64,000 bases of DNA from Gemmobacter sp. (lineage in GTDB: Bacteria > Pseudomonadota > Alphaproteobacteria > Rhodobacterales > Rhodobacteraceae): assembly GCA_046294265.1 (NCBI GenBank), contig JBKBKC010000004.1:166206-230205 (forward strand), in the 5' to 3' direction. Below the pieces are notes generated by a model that did no database searches, had not been told where the DNA came from, and was given only the letters and a program-made list of their open reading frames with translations. Within the stretch, counting starts at the first letter, position 1, and every line of letters starts with the position of its first letter. This document shows, one piece after another, positions 1 through 8,873 of this stretch. The position numbers and the translations under genes were made by a program.

Positions 1-1034
1 CAGACCGGCGTGCCATAGCGCCCCGGTCCGTTGGAGATGCGCGTGGCATCGCCTCCGCCCGCGGCCATGATGTAAAGCTGCTGCGTGCCCGACCGGTCAC
101 TCTCGAACACGATCCGCGCGCCGTCGGGGCTGAAGCTGGGGGCCGTCTCGATCGAGGGCGCGGTGGTCAGGCGCTGGCGCTGTCCGGTCTGGGTGTCCAG
201 CATGTAGATGTCGGTATTGCCGTCCTGGCTCAGGCTGAACACCACGCGCCGCCCGTCGCCCGCGAACCTTGGCGCAAAGGTCATCGTGCCCGGCTGGTCG
301 TCCAGCACCCGGGTGGACAGGTTCGACACATCCATCAGATAGATGCGCGGAAAGCCCGATTGGTAGGAGGTATAAAGGATCCGGTCTCCCGTGGGCGAAA
401 ACCGCGGCGCGATCACGATGCTGTCCGACCCGGTCAGATAGCTGATGTTGGCCCCGTCATAATCCATCACCGCCAGCCTCTTGCGGCGGTTGTTCTTCGG
501 CCCGCTCTCGGCCACATAGACCACGCGACTGTCGAAATACCCGCCCTCACCGGTGATCCGGCTATAGACGGCATCGGCCACCTTGTGCGCCATCCGCCGC
601 CAGCTGGCCCGCGTGCCCGCGAATTGCAGCCCGTCGCCCAGCTGCTGGCCCGAGAACACGTCATAAAGGCGGAACTTCACCACCACCCGGTCGCCCGATG
701 CCGACACGGCCCCCGTCACCAGCGCCTGCGCGTTGATGGCCTTCCAGTCGGGATAGGACACGGGCGCATCGAAACTCGTCACCCGCGCGATATGGGCGGT
801 GGCGGGGATCTCGCGGAACAGCCCCGTGCCCGACAGGTCGGAGGCGATCACCCGCGCCATGTCGCGCGCCAGATCGTTGGCGGCGGCATTCTCGGCCACG
901 AAGTTCGGCACGGCAAAGGGCAGGGGCTCGATCACCCCTTCGGTGATCTCGATGCGCAGCGGCTGGGCCACAGCGGGCGGGGCACCCACCGCAAGGGCCG
1001 ACAGGGCGAACAGGGCAAAACTCAGGATACGCAT
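1..1034 (-). CDS. tolB: Tol-Pal system protein TolB (5' part; C-terminus runs off the window)
   Basis: Reverse translation from ATG at 1034-1032 gives [24 protein letters not shown] (signal peptide), then a TolB-like N-domain and beta-propeller repeats (..[15 protein letters not shown]..). It is missing from the ORF track because there is no stop in the window. It lies directly downstream of tolQRA. Confidence 0.9.
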   Translation of the reverse strand, partial: MRILSFALFALSALAVGAPPAVAQPLRIEITEGVIEPLPFAVPNFVAENAAANDLARDMARVIASDLSGTGLFREIPATAHIARVTSFDAPVSYPDWKAINAQALVTGAVSASGDRVVVKFRLYDVFSGQQLGDGLQFAGTRASWRRMAHKVADAVYSRITGEGGYFDSRVVYVAESGPKNNRRKRLAVMDYDGANISYLTGSDSIVIAPRFSPTGDRILYTSYQSGFPRIYLMDVSNLSTRVLDDQPGTMTFAPRFAGDGRRVVFSLSQDGNTDIYMLDTQTGQRQRLTTAPSIETAPSFSPDGARIVFESDRSGTQQLYIMAAGGGDATRISNGPGRYGTPV

Positions 1035-1136
1035 TGGAACCTCATGCACACGAGTAGCAGGGTCGCGGCCGCAGGATGCGACGGGCGGGATCGTGGGGAA
1101 AGCCTGACGGAGCAGGGTATCGGGAACGTGAAGCGG

Positions 1137-2300
1137 TCATCGCAGGCGCATCCCGTCGGGGTTGAACACCATCTCGACCTCGCGCCACTGGTCATACTTT
1201 TCGGGCGGCAGCGGGTAACCGTTCTGCCCGCAGCGCTGGATCGCCCGGCGCGCGGCGTCGAAGGCGGCGCGGGTGCCCGCCTCGGACCCCCCGGTTGAGG
1301 ATTGCAGCGTGATGCCGGTTGGGCGCGCGTCGGGCGACATCGTGACCAGCACGGTGACGGTGGTGCTCATCGCCTCGGTCGAACTGCTGCCGAGGTTCCA
1401 GCACTGGCTGACGGCGCGGCGCAGGCTGTCCTTCTCGCCCGCCGTCATCGGCGGGCCGGAGGGGGCAGAGGGGGCGGCGGCCGATCCGCTGGCGGCGGCA
1501 CCCGCCACGGCGGCGGCCACGGCATCGGCAATGGCGTCCTGCGCGGGGTTGGGGGTAGACGCCGCAGGCGGCGTGGGCCGCGTGGCAGCCGCTTGCACCG
1601 GGGCTTCGGTGCGGGCGGGCCGCGCGCGGGGCCGCACGCTGGCCGAGGGGGCCAGAGGATCGGGCCGGTTCGCCTCGGTCGCAAGCTCGGTGCCGGACTC
1701 CTCGGGTGCGGCGGGCGGGCGTTCCTCCACCACCACGGGCGCGGGCGCCGGATCGGGCGCCACCTCGGGGGCGGCCTCGGGCGCGGTCACGACCTCGGGC
1801 GGCGGGGCCTCCACGGGCGCTGGCGCCACACGCTCGGCCGGTTTGGGGCGCGGTCGGGGGCTGACGTCAGGCGCGAGGATGGGCGGGGCCTCGGCCACCG
1901 GGGCGGGCAGGGGTGGCGGGGCCAGATCGCCCGGCGCGGGGGGCAGCTCTGCCGCTTCGGGTTCGGGCGGTGGCGGGGCAGGGGTATCGGGCACCGGCGG
2001 CAGGGCCTCCGGCGCGGGGGCGGGGGCAGGCGCGGGTGGCGGCGGGGCGGGGGCCGCGGGTTCCGGCACCGGGGCCACGGGGGCCTCCGCCACAGCTTCG
2101 GGTGCGGCGGCAGCGGGGGGGGCTGGCGGCACGATCGGCACCTCGCGCGACATCAGCGCCGCGAACTCGGCGCCGCTGAGCAATGTCACCTCGGTCACCG
2201 CAGGCTCGGGCGCGTCACGGGCGGTGAAGAGGCCCCCCACCAGCACCCACAGGATCACGCCCGCATGGCCGATCCCGGATATGACATGCCCCGTCGCCAT
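1137..2300 (-). CDS. tolA: TolA (membrane anchor, long Pro/Ala/Glu-rich linker, C-terminal TolA/TonB-like domain)
   Basis: ORF 1137..2330. The internal ATG at 2300 (MATGHVISGIGHAGVILWVLVGG, a TM helix) has a GAGG 6 nt upstream, whereas the 2330 start is TTG and overlaps tolR. The protein has a Pro/Ala-rich repeat region and the gene sits between tolR and tolB. Confidence 0.85.
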   Translation of the reverse strand: MATGHVISGIGHAGVILWVLVGGLFTARDAPEPAVTEVTLLSGAEFAALMSREVPIVPPAPPAAAAPEAVAEAPVAPVPEPAAPAPPPPAPAPAPAPEALPPVPDTPAPPPPEPEAAELPPAPGDLAPPPLPAPVAEAPPILAPDVSPRPRPKPAERVAPAPVEAPPPEVVTAPEAAPEVAPDPAPAPVVVEERPPAAPEESGTELATEANRPDPLAPSASVRPRARPARTEAPVQAAATRPTPPAASTPNPAQDAIADAVAAAVAGAAASGSAAAPSAPSGPPMTAGEKDSLRRAVSQCWNLGSSSTEAMSTTVTVLVTMSPDARPTGITLQSSTGGSEAGTRAAFDAARRAIQRCGQNGYPLPPEKYDQWREVEMVFNPDGMRLR

Positions 2301-2307
2301 GCCCGCC

Positions 2308-2787
2308 TCAGCCGCCCGATCCCGCGCCAAAGCGCGGCCCGTCGCTATCCGTCACCAGCCCGATGTTGCGAAAGCCCCCCGCGTTCAGCGCCCCCATCAC
2401 CTCGGCCACCCGCGCATAGGGGATGGCCCCGTCGGCGCGCAGGAACACCTTGTCGCTGCGCCGCTCGGCCGCGATGGCGCGCAGGCGGGGGATCAGCTCG
2501 TCATCCGCGATGTCGGTCGTCTGGATCAACAGCCGCCCGTCCGAGGTCATGGTGACGGTCAGCGGCTCTTCCGCCTCCGTGGGCAGGGCCGTCGCGGCGG
2601 TGCGCGGCAATTCCACCGGCACGCCCACCGTCAACAGCGGTGCAGCCACCATGAAGATGATGAGCAACACCAGCATCACATCCACAAAGGGCGTGACGTT
2701 GATCTCCGACATCGCGGCGGAGGTGCCGCGCCGTCGCCGCCCGCCGCGCCGCCCCCCGCCGCCCTTCTGGATGACCCCGGCCCCCAT
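2308..2787 (-). CDS. tolR: TolR (ExbD/TolR family)
   Basis: Contains ..MSEINVTPFVDVMLVLLIIFMVAAPLL.., the ExbD/TolR signature. The start codon overlaps the tolQ stop by 1 nt. Confidence 0.9.
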   Translation of the reverse strand: MGAGVIQKGGGGRRGGRRRRGTSAAMSEINVTPFVDVMLVLLIIFMVAAPLLTVGVPVELPRTAATALPTEAEEPLTVTMTSDGRLLIQTTDIADDELIPRLRAIAAERRSDKVFLRADGAIPYARVAEVMGALNAGGFRNIGLVTDSDGPRFGAGSGG

Positions 2788-3485
2788 CAGGCAGCGTCCA
2801 ACTGCCGCGACAGGATCGTGGCGAATTCGTCGGCAAAGGCGTCATAGCCGCCGGTGATCCGCTCGGCATCCGCGCTCAGCTTGTTGTAGAAAACCACCGC
2901 CGGGATCGCGGCCACCAGCCCGATGCCCGTGGCCAGAAGCGCCTCGGCAATCCCGGGGGCCACCACCGCCAGATTGGTGTTCTGGCTGATGGCGATCTGC
3001 TCGAACGCATGCTTGATCCCCCAGACGGTGCCGAAAAGCCCGATGAAGGGCGCGGTCGATCCGGTCGTGGCCAGGAACGACAATCCACCGTTCAGCCGCT
3101 CGCTCTCGCGCCCGATGGCCACGTCCATCGCCCGGTCGATGCGCGCCTGCGCGCCCGCGATCAGCCCGCCGTCCTGCCGGTGGCTGCGCCGCCATTCCAG
3201 CATTCCGCTCGCGAATATCTTTTCCGACGCGCCTCTGGGCTCGGGCCCGATCCGCTCATAAAGCTCGTCCAGCGGCTCACCCGACCAGAAGGCGCGGTCG
3301 AACACCTCGGCCTCGCGCCGGGCGATGCGGTAGGCCAGATGCTTTTGCACGATGATCGCCCAGGACCAGAACGACATCACCAGCAAAAGCAGCATCACGA
3401 CCTTGACGGTCAGCGTCGCCCGCCAAAACAGGGCGAGCAGCGAAAAGTCAATGTCTTGCGCGGCGGCAAGGGTTCCGGTGTCCAT
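2787..3485 (-). CDS. tolQ: TolQ (MotA/TolQ/ExbB proton channel)
   Basis: 232 aa with three TM segments. The motif ..TAPFIGLFGTVWGI.. is typical of TolQ/ExbB. Confidence 0.9.
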   Translation of the reverse strand: MDTGTLAAAQDIDFSLLALFWRATLTVKVVMLLLLVMSFWSWAIIVQKHLAYRIARREAEVFDRAFWSGEPLDELYERIGPEPRGASEKIFASGMLEWRRSHRQDGGLIAGAQARIDRAMDVAIGRESERLNGGLSFLATTGSTAPFIGLFGTVWGIKHAFEQIAISQNTNLAVVAPGIAEALLATGIGLVAAIPAVVFYNKLSADAERITGGYDAFADEFATILSRQLDAA

Positions 3486-3598
3486 GTGACGTCAACCTGC
3501 TCAGGGATGCGGGGCATTCTCTGGCCCTGCTTTCGCCGCATTCATACCGGAATCGTGCGCCGATGCCAACACATGTGCGTGGGCGGAAAAACGCCGTG

Positions 3599-3994
3599 TC
3601 AGGCGGAAAGCCGCCCGGCGATGTCACGCGGCAGCCGGGCGGGCGTGCCCTGCGCCGTCAGGCAGACCAGCGTGACGATGGACGCGAACAGCCGCTCCTC
3701 CCCGCGCCAGACATCCTGCGCCAGCACGATCCGCGCGCCAGTCATGCCCCGCAGCATGGTGCGCACCTCCAGCAGGTCGTCAAAGACCGCAGGCCGCAGG
3801 TAATCCGCCTCGATCCGGCGCACCGCGAACACGATCCCCGCCTCGGCCCGCAACCGCCCCTGGTCGATCCCCAGCGACCGCACCCATTCGGTGCGCGCCC
3901 GCTCGGTGAACCGCAGGTAATTGGCGTAATAGACGATGCCCGCAAGGTCGGTATCCTCGTAATAGACGCGGACGGGGTGCAGATGCGCGGTCAT
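3599..3994 (-). CDS. ybgC: YbgC-type acyl-CoA thioesterase (4HBT fold)
   Basis: Starts MTAHLHPVRVYYEDTDLAGIVYYANYLRF.., the hotdog thioesterase motif. It is the first gene of the tol cluster. Confidence 0.85.
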   Translation of the reverse strand: MTAHLHPVRVYYEDTDLAGIVYYANYLRFTERARTEWVRSLGIDQGRLRAEAGIVFAVRRIEADYLRPAVFDDLLEVRTMLRGMTGARIVLAQDVWRGEERLFASIVTLVCLTAQGTPARLPRDIAGRLSA

Positions 3995-4457
3995 CAGGGC
4001 CGTGCGACATGTGTCTGGAATGGCCGTTGCCTCGGATCACGATGCCGCGCCTCGGCATCCTGCCGCCCGTGGCTGTATATCGCGGCGACCGGCAACCGCG
4101 TCACCCCGAGCGATCCCAGCGCCCCGCGAACCCGCCTTGACCGCGCCGCGGGCATCCGTGGTGGCCCGGGTTCCACGGCACCCCCGTCCCGCGCGACCGG
4201 TCCGACCTGCGCCATGCCCCCCACCCGCAGCCGGTCCCGCATCGCATCCCCCAAACCCCGCGCCCCCAATCCCCGCGGGCCAAAGGTGGCATCCCCGCCA
4301 CAACCCTGCAAGCCGCCTCCGCTCGCGCCCTCCGCTGCTTATTTCCCGACCCCCCTCGCAATCCCGCCCCGCAGCCGTCACATGTAGCTCGAGCGCAGGG
4401 GTCCGCCCCCCGCGCAGGCCCCGCCGTCGCGGGGACCGGAACGGAAAGGCACGGACC

Positions 4458-4595
4458 ATGGCCAAGGGCATGAACAAGGGCAACCGCGAGGCGAAGAAGC
4501 CGAAAAAGGACAAGACGCCAGTCAAGGTCGTCTCGGCCTCGCCGACAGGCAACGTCCGCGAGGGGCAGGAACGCCAGCCGCCTCAGAAAAAGTAA
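4458..4595 (+). CDS. small Lys-rich hypothetical protein (45 aa)
   Basis: ATG at 4458 with GGAAAGG about 10 nt upstream. Third-codon positions are G/C-rich, consistent with coding. The sequence is MAKGMNKGNREAKKPKKDK... No recognisable family. Confidence 0.45.
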   Translation: MAKGMNKGNREAKKPKKDKTPVKVVSASPTGNVREGQERQPPQKK

Positions 4596-4662
4596 CCCGG
4601 TCCGGGGATCGGACGGCTGGGCTGGGCGCATCCCCGTCAGGGCGCGCCCGGCCGGGTGCGCA

Positions 4663-5412
4663 TCATTGCACCAGCCGTCGCAAGTCGGCCACGAACCGGG
4701 CCCGCGCCTCCACGATCCGAAAGTCCCGGTTTCCCGCCGCGTTGCGGACCGGCCGATAGACGCGCAGGTCGAACAGGCAGTCCTGTCGCCCGGTGCACTG
4801 CGCAAGCGCCTGCGTCTCGAATGTCAGCCGGATCGCCCCGCTGATGCCGGGCACCTCGACCGTCGCCGCCGTCGCGGCCGTCTGATCGACCGTCAGCCGT
4901 GTGCTGCTGGTTTCGATTGCCTCGAACACGATCACGAAATAGGGCGCCTCGGGCGAGCCCGCCGCATGCGCGGCCACCGCGTCGCGCAGGACCCAGTCTT
5001 CGGCAACCTCGTCCGGCGACTGTTGGATGTAGGCCGCCATCGCGCCGCGGGTGTCATTGCCCTCGCGGGTGGTGGCGTTGGTGTATTCCATGCGGGTCTT
5101 GGAACTTGCGCCGGCTTCGATCGCGGCCTTCTGGTCCGGCGTTGCGGCAAAGGACGGGCCGACCAGCGTTCCGCGCACCTGCGAGGCCAGGCTGACCGTA
5201 TCCGCGCTCGGGCGCTCGATCAGGCTGTCGCGCGGGATCGGGACGGTGGCGAGGTCGATCGGGGCCGACCCCGGCACCCAGCGGAACACCTTTCCGACCG
5301 GATCGCGGGCGTTGTTGTGGAACCCCGCATCCATCGAGGCATAGGCGAAGGACAGTCTGCCGGTATGGTTCGCATTCGGATCGCAGGCGGCCAGTGCGGC
5401 CATTGCAAGCAT
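4663..5412 (-). CDS. hypothetical lipoprotein
   Basis: An internal ATG at 5412 gives MLAMAALAAC with a lipobox (LAAC). The start is uncertain because the n-region is very short and the next in-frame ATG is at 5532. No family recognised. Confidence 0.55.
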   Translation of the reverse strand: MLAMAALAACDPNANHTGRLSFAYASMDAGFHNNARDPVGKVFRWVPGSAPIDLATVPIPRDSLIERPSADTVSLASQVRGTLVGPSFAATPDQKAAIEAGASSKTRMEYTNATTREGNDTRGAMAAYIQQSPDEVAEDWVLRDAVAAHAAGSPEAPYFVIVFEAIETSSTRLTVDQTAATAATVEVPGISGAIRLTFETQALAQCTGRQDCLFDLRVYRPVRNAAGNRDFRIVEARARFVADLRRLVQ

Positions 5413-5721
5413 GGCGGCAAACAGACGTTGCGTCGGAAAACCCTTCCTTCGTGACCATGACCCCGGGGAATATCGTGCCCGATCAGTGTCACCCCCTGGC
5501 CATGACAGGTCAAGGCGCGCATTGCCCATCTGACCCGCCGCCCGCCTGCGGGACATGCCGACGCTGCCAAAGGCGGCATCATCCCGGCTGCGCGGGACGT
5601 GCCCGCACCCTCCGGCAACCGGCTTTCCCGCAGGCCTGCCCCGCGCGATCCTGCTGCACGCCACGGGTGCGGCCGCGGTCGGCAACGCGGCCGGGGCGCG
5701 CACCCGCCGCCACGCTGCCCC

Positions 5722-6345
5722 CTATTGCACCGCGCCCACCCGCGCCGCCAGCCGCAGCGCATGGACCGGATCGCGCGCCACCCCCGGCAGCACCGGATCA
5801 TAGGCCGCGCGGATCACCGCCCCCACCTCGGGCCGCAGGATCACCCGCCCGCCCGCATCCGCCAGCGGCGAGACCTCGGTGAATGCCCGGTCCGACCACA
5901 GGAGGATCACCTGGACTGCCTGATGCAGCGCCAGAACCTCGGCCGGCAAGGCGGACAGATGCGCGTCCATCCGCAGGAACACGAATGCCGCCCGGATCGC
6001 CCCCGCCTCGTCGAACCGGAACACCCGATACTGGTTTGCCTCCGTCGCCGCGAGGCGATCCAAAAGCGGCCCGAACCCGTCGATCAGCCGCCCGAGATTG
6101 GGCACACCGCGCAGGTCCTCCCAGTCGCGGCAGAAAAAGACCATGAGATTGGCGCCCAGTTCAGGGTCCACCCTGTCCACCTGATGGCGCGCCAGCGCAC
6201 AGACCGCCTCGATGGCGCCCTTCACCACCGCCAGCGTGGCAGGCTCGACCCCGAACACCACCGGGACCACCGCCCGGCCCCAGCGGGCACAGAGGAACGA
6301 CCCGTCCGACCGCTGGAACAGCCGGGCAATCTCATCGGCCGTCAT
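5722..6345 (-). CDS. hypothetical protein (207 aa)
   Basis: The C-terminal 207 aa of ORF 5722..6876 have ordinary composition starting at MTADEIARLFQ.. (ATG 6345). The upstream in-frame part is Pro/Arg/Cys low complexity. Confidence 0.55.
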   Translation of the reverse strand: MTADEIARLFQRSDGSFLCARWGRAVVPVVFGVEPATLAVVKGAIEAVCALARHQVDRVDPELGANLMVFFCRDWEDLRGVPNLGRLIDGFGPLLDRLAATEANQYRVFRFDEAGAIRAAFVFLRMDAHLSALPAEVLALHQAVQVILLWSDRAFTEVSPLADAGGRVILRPEVGAVIRAAYDPVLPGVARDPVHALRLAARVGAVQ

Positions 6346-6821
6346 CTCCGCCCCGTCACGCTGCTCCGCCCCATCACCGAAGGCTAGCGCCCGGGCCACA
6401 GGGCGGCAAGACACGGCAGCGCCATGCATGGGCATCGGCACGGCGACGGCACCCCCGGGGGGCCAGCCCCCCGACCCCCGGGGTATTTGGTCAAGGAGAG
6501 GGAACAGGGGCCTGCCGGGCGGGCACGGTCGCTGCTGTGCCGGCAAGGGCGAAGGCGCGCAGGACGGGGCAGGCGGATCGGCCGGCTGGACCATCGGTGC
6601 CGCATGGCCATGTCCGGCGCACTGCCCCGGTGAGGGCAGGCCGGCGAGATGGAAAGGGTGGGGGCCCCTGACGCGGGGGCTGTCGGTCTGGCCGGGTTTG
6701 CGCGGTGGCCGGACGCGGGATGCGGCGCAGCTGGGCCGGGATGCAGGATACGGCGAGCCAGGCAGGGGCGCCGGGGTGAGGCACAGGGGCGGGCGGGGCG
6801 CGAGATGCGGCGCGTCCTTTC

Positions 6822-6866
6822 GGGGGCCAGGACGGCGGGGGCCAGGACGGCGGGGGCCAGGACGGC
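6822..6866. repeat. 15-bp tandem repeat x3 (GGGGGCCAGGACGGC) inside a G-rich tract
   Basis: Three perfect head-to-tail units at 6822-6836, 6837-6851 and 6852-6866, followed by degenerate G-rich units. Confidence 0.95.
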
Positions 6867-7159
6867 GGGGAAGCAAGGACTGCGGGGGGGCAGGACAGGG
6901 GGGGCATGGGCTTGCGGCCGGGACGGTGACCGGGGCATCCCGGCCGGGCCACAGGATACGCGCGGGTCGTCCGTCGGGCGGGGAACCGGTCGGGCGCCGG
7001 GCCCTCTACGCTGCACGGGCCACGGGTGCGTGTGTCCATCTCGGCCAACCTTTGGCCGCCCCTCGCCGTGACATGCCTGAGGGCGGAGAACTTGGCACTC
7101 TCGGTGGCACCCGACGCAAGCCGTGGACCCCGCGTGGCCCCGGCGCGCGCGCTCAAAGG

Positions 7160-7860
7160 TCACCGGCGGTGCAGGATGCTGCGGGAGGGAATGGCCAGGT
7201 GACCGCCGCGCGCGCAGGGTCACGCTGTTGCCAGCCGCCGCCCCTGCGGAAAAGTCGCCCGCCACGCGCGCGGCGGGCGCAGTGCTGTCCTGCCGAACCG
7301 GATCGGGCAAGTGCAGCCGAGGCGCGTATGGGCAACGCGCGATCGGCGCCACGCGGGCGCTGCGTTGCGCCGGCTGGGCGCGGGAGCTGGTGCGGGTCGG
7401 CCACGTGGTAAAACTGATCGCGCCGCGCTATGTCAAGCCGTTCACCAGGCGGCAGAAAAACGACGGTGGGGAGGACCGCGGCGCCAGTGGCGCCGCGTAA
7501 GCCGACGAACGACGCGGAGGCGATCTTGGAGGCAGCGCTGCGCCCGACCATGCGCTATGTCGAGCCGGAGACCGGGGACCAGCAGGCGCGGTCCATCCTG
7601 CTCCGCACCCGCGAGCAGTTCGTGAAGCAGCGCACCGCAACGGTCAACGCGCTGCGGCCGCACCTGTACGAGTTCGGCTTCATCGCGCCGGAGGGGATCG
7701 GCTATCTCCCGCGCCTCGGTGCCGTCCTGGATGATCCGAACTCCAACTTGCCGCCGCTCGCCCGGGAAATCTGTCGCGAGCTGCTGGATCAGATCATGCA
7801 CTTGACCGCCCGGATCAATGCTCTGAAAAAGAGGATCGACGCGATTGCCAGGGAGCCAGC
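7160..7860 (+). pseudogene. IS110-family transposase relic (copy 1), multiply disrupted and 3'-truncated
   Basis: Contains ..AGWARELVRVGHVVKLIAPRYVKPFTRRQKND.. and then, in another frame, ..NDAEAILEAALRPTMRYVEPETGDQQARSILLRTREQFVKQRTATVNALR... These match the IS110 DEDD N-domain pattern. The 5' limit is uncertain. Confidence 0.75.
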
Positions 7861-7949
7861 GCCGCGGCGACGAGGATCACGATGATGATGAAGGCCACCT
7901 CTTCCCAGTAGTTTCCTTGTATTCGTTCGGACAAAAGCCGCCCGATCCC

Positions 7950-8066
7950 GATGACATCGTCGCGCGATGCTGCGACGCCTGGAACGTCTTCGCAAACGAC
8001 ATCGACACCGTCCAATCCATCACAACCAGAGACCACGCAAAAACGGTCAAAAGCTAAGGCCGTTGG
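7950..8066 (+). mobile_element. IS630-family 3' end relic (last ~35 codons + terminal repeat)
   Basis: Encodes ..DDIVARCCDAWNVFANDIDTVQSITTRDHAKTVKS*. It is nearly identical to the reverse complement of 35570-35690 and ends GGCCGTTGG followed by TA. Confidence 0.8.
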
Positions 8067-8219
8067 TATCAGCCGTTGGATGCGACCGGCATTCCGCTGG
8101 TCTGTCGGATTCCGGGCCAAATTGCCCCAGCTCTTTTGACACGGGCAGAAAGCCGCGCCGGATCAGCCGGAGCCAAGCCCAATAGCTAAATCAACGGGCT
8201 TTACGGAAAGCTCGACGCT

Positions 8220-8873
8220 TCAGTCCCGCTCCTGCACCCCGTAGCTGGCAAACCCCTTGGCGGCATCCGCGATCTGTGTATCCGACAGGATGTGAGCGCC
8301 GCCGATCAGCAGCGCGTGGTAGTGCTGGTGCGCCAGTGCCTCCATCTCATGCGCAAGCCAGCACGCGCGGGTGAGCGTGTCGGCGGCGGTCAGCATGCCG
8401 TGGTTGGCCATGAGGCACCCGGCGCGTCCCTCCATCGCCTTGACCACATGCTGGGACAGATCCGCCGTGCCATAGCGGGCGTAGGCGCAGACCGGGATTT
8501 CGGTGCCGCCGAATGCCGCCATCATGTAGTGCACCGCGGGAATGGGTCGCCGCGCGATGGCCAGAACCGTGCACCACGGCGCATGGGTGTGGACCACCGC
8601 GCCGATGTCGGGCCGGGTGCGCATCAGGTCCAGATGGAAACGCCACTCCGTCGAGGGTTTCAGCGGCCCCTCCCAGGCACCATGCTCTCCGTCCAGCGGC
8701 ATCGCGGCGATCATGTCGGCGGTCAGGCGGGTATAGGGAACCGCCGAGGGGGTGATCAGCATGCGGTCGCCGCAGCGCACCGACAGATTGCCCGAGGCCC
8801 CCCGGTTGAGGCCCGAGGCATCCAGTTCCCTGGCGCGCGCCACCAGGTCGGCGCGCAGGTCATTCTCGGTCAT
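8220..8873 (-). CDS. class II aldolase/adducin-family protein (fuculose-P aldolase / MTRu-1-P aldolase / OtnC-like; specificity unknown)
   Basis: 217 aa with ..GAVVHTHAPWCTVLA.. (a metal-binding His cluster). ATGA overlap with the upstream FGGY kinase. Confidence 0.85.
   Translation of the reverse strand: MTENDLRADLVARARELDASGLNRGASGNLSVRCGDRMLITPSAVPYTRLTADMIAAMPLDGEHGAWEGPLKPSTEWRFHLDLMRTRPDIGAVVHTHAPWCTVLAIARRPIPAVHYMMAAFGGTEIPVCAYARYGTADLSQHVVKAMEGRAGCLMANHGMLTAADTLTRACWLAHEMEALAHQHYHALLIGGAHILSDTQIADAAKGFASYGVQERD

Noticed and set aside
360-1298. 312-aa plus-strand ORF and several other long ORFs overlapping tolB/tolA/tolR (for example 1273-2847, 524 aa, Gly/Ala/Arg-rich)
   Set aside because: They are antisense to clearly recognisable tol genes. 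Their low-complexity composition is typical of open frames in high-GC DNA. They have TTG/GTG pseudo-starts and no RBS.
4002-4457. 197-aa ORF extending the small Lys-rich ORF upstream
   Set aside because: The upstream part is Pro/Arg low complexity from the C-rich tract. The ATG at 4458 has its own RBS-like GGAAAGG.
6822-6866. Possible CRISPR array
   Set aside because: The 15-bp units are directly adjacent with no spacers, and there are no cas genes.
6346-6876. Pro/Arg-rich N-terminal extension (RRPGP x3) of the hypothetical protein 5722-6345
   Set aside because: The frame is open only because the minus strand is C-rich and so has few stop codons. The repeat is the 15-bp DNA tandem repeat. 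The start is TTG, and the composition (Cys/His/Arg/Pro) is unlike real Pro-rich linkers such as TolA. It cannot be fully excluded without homologues.
6212-7411. 399-aa plus-strand and 322-aa minus-strand ORFs covering the G-rich tract
   Set aside because: Gly/Arg or Pro/Arg low complexity in every frame. They are mutually overlapping, and no motif or RBS was seen.
7456-7497. Programmed -1 frameshift (G AAA AAC + downstream hairpin) in IS110 relic 1
   Set aside because: The downstream frame is +1, not -1. The slippery sequence is not conserved in copy 2 (CAG AGG CAC). The spacer to the stem is long (about 12 nt).
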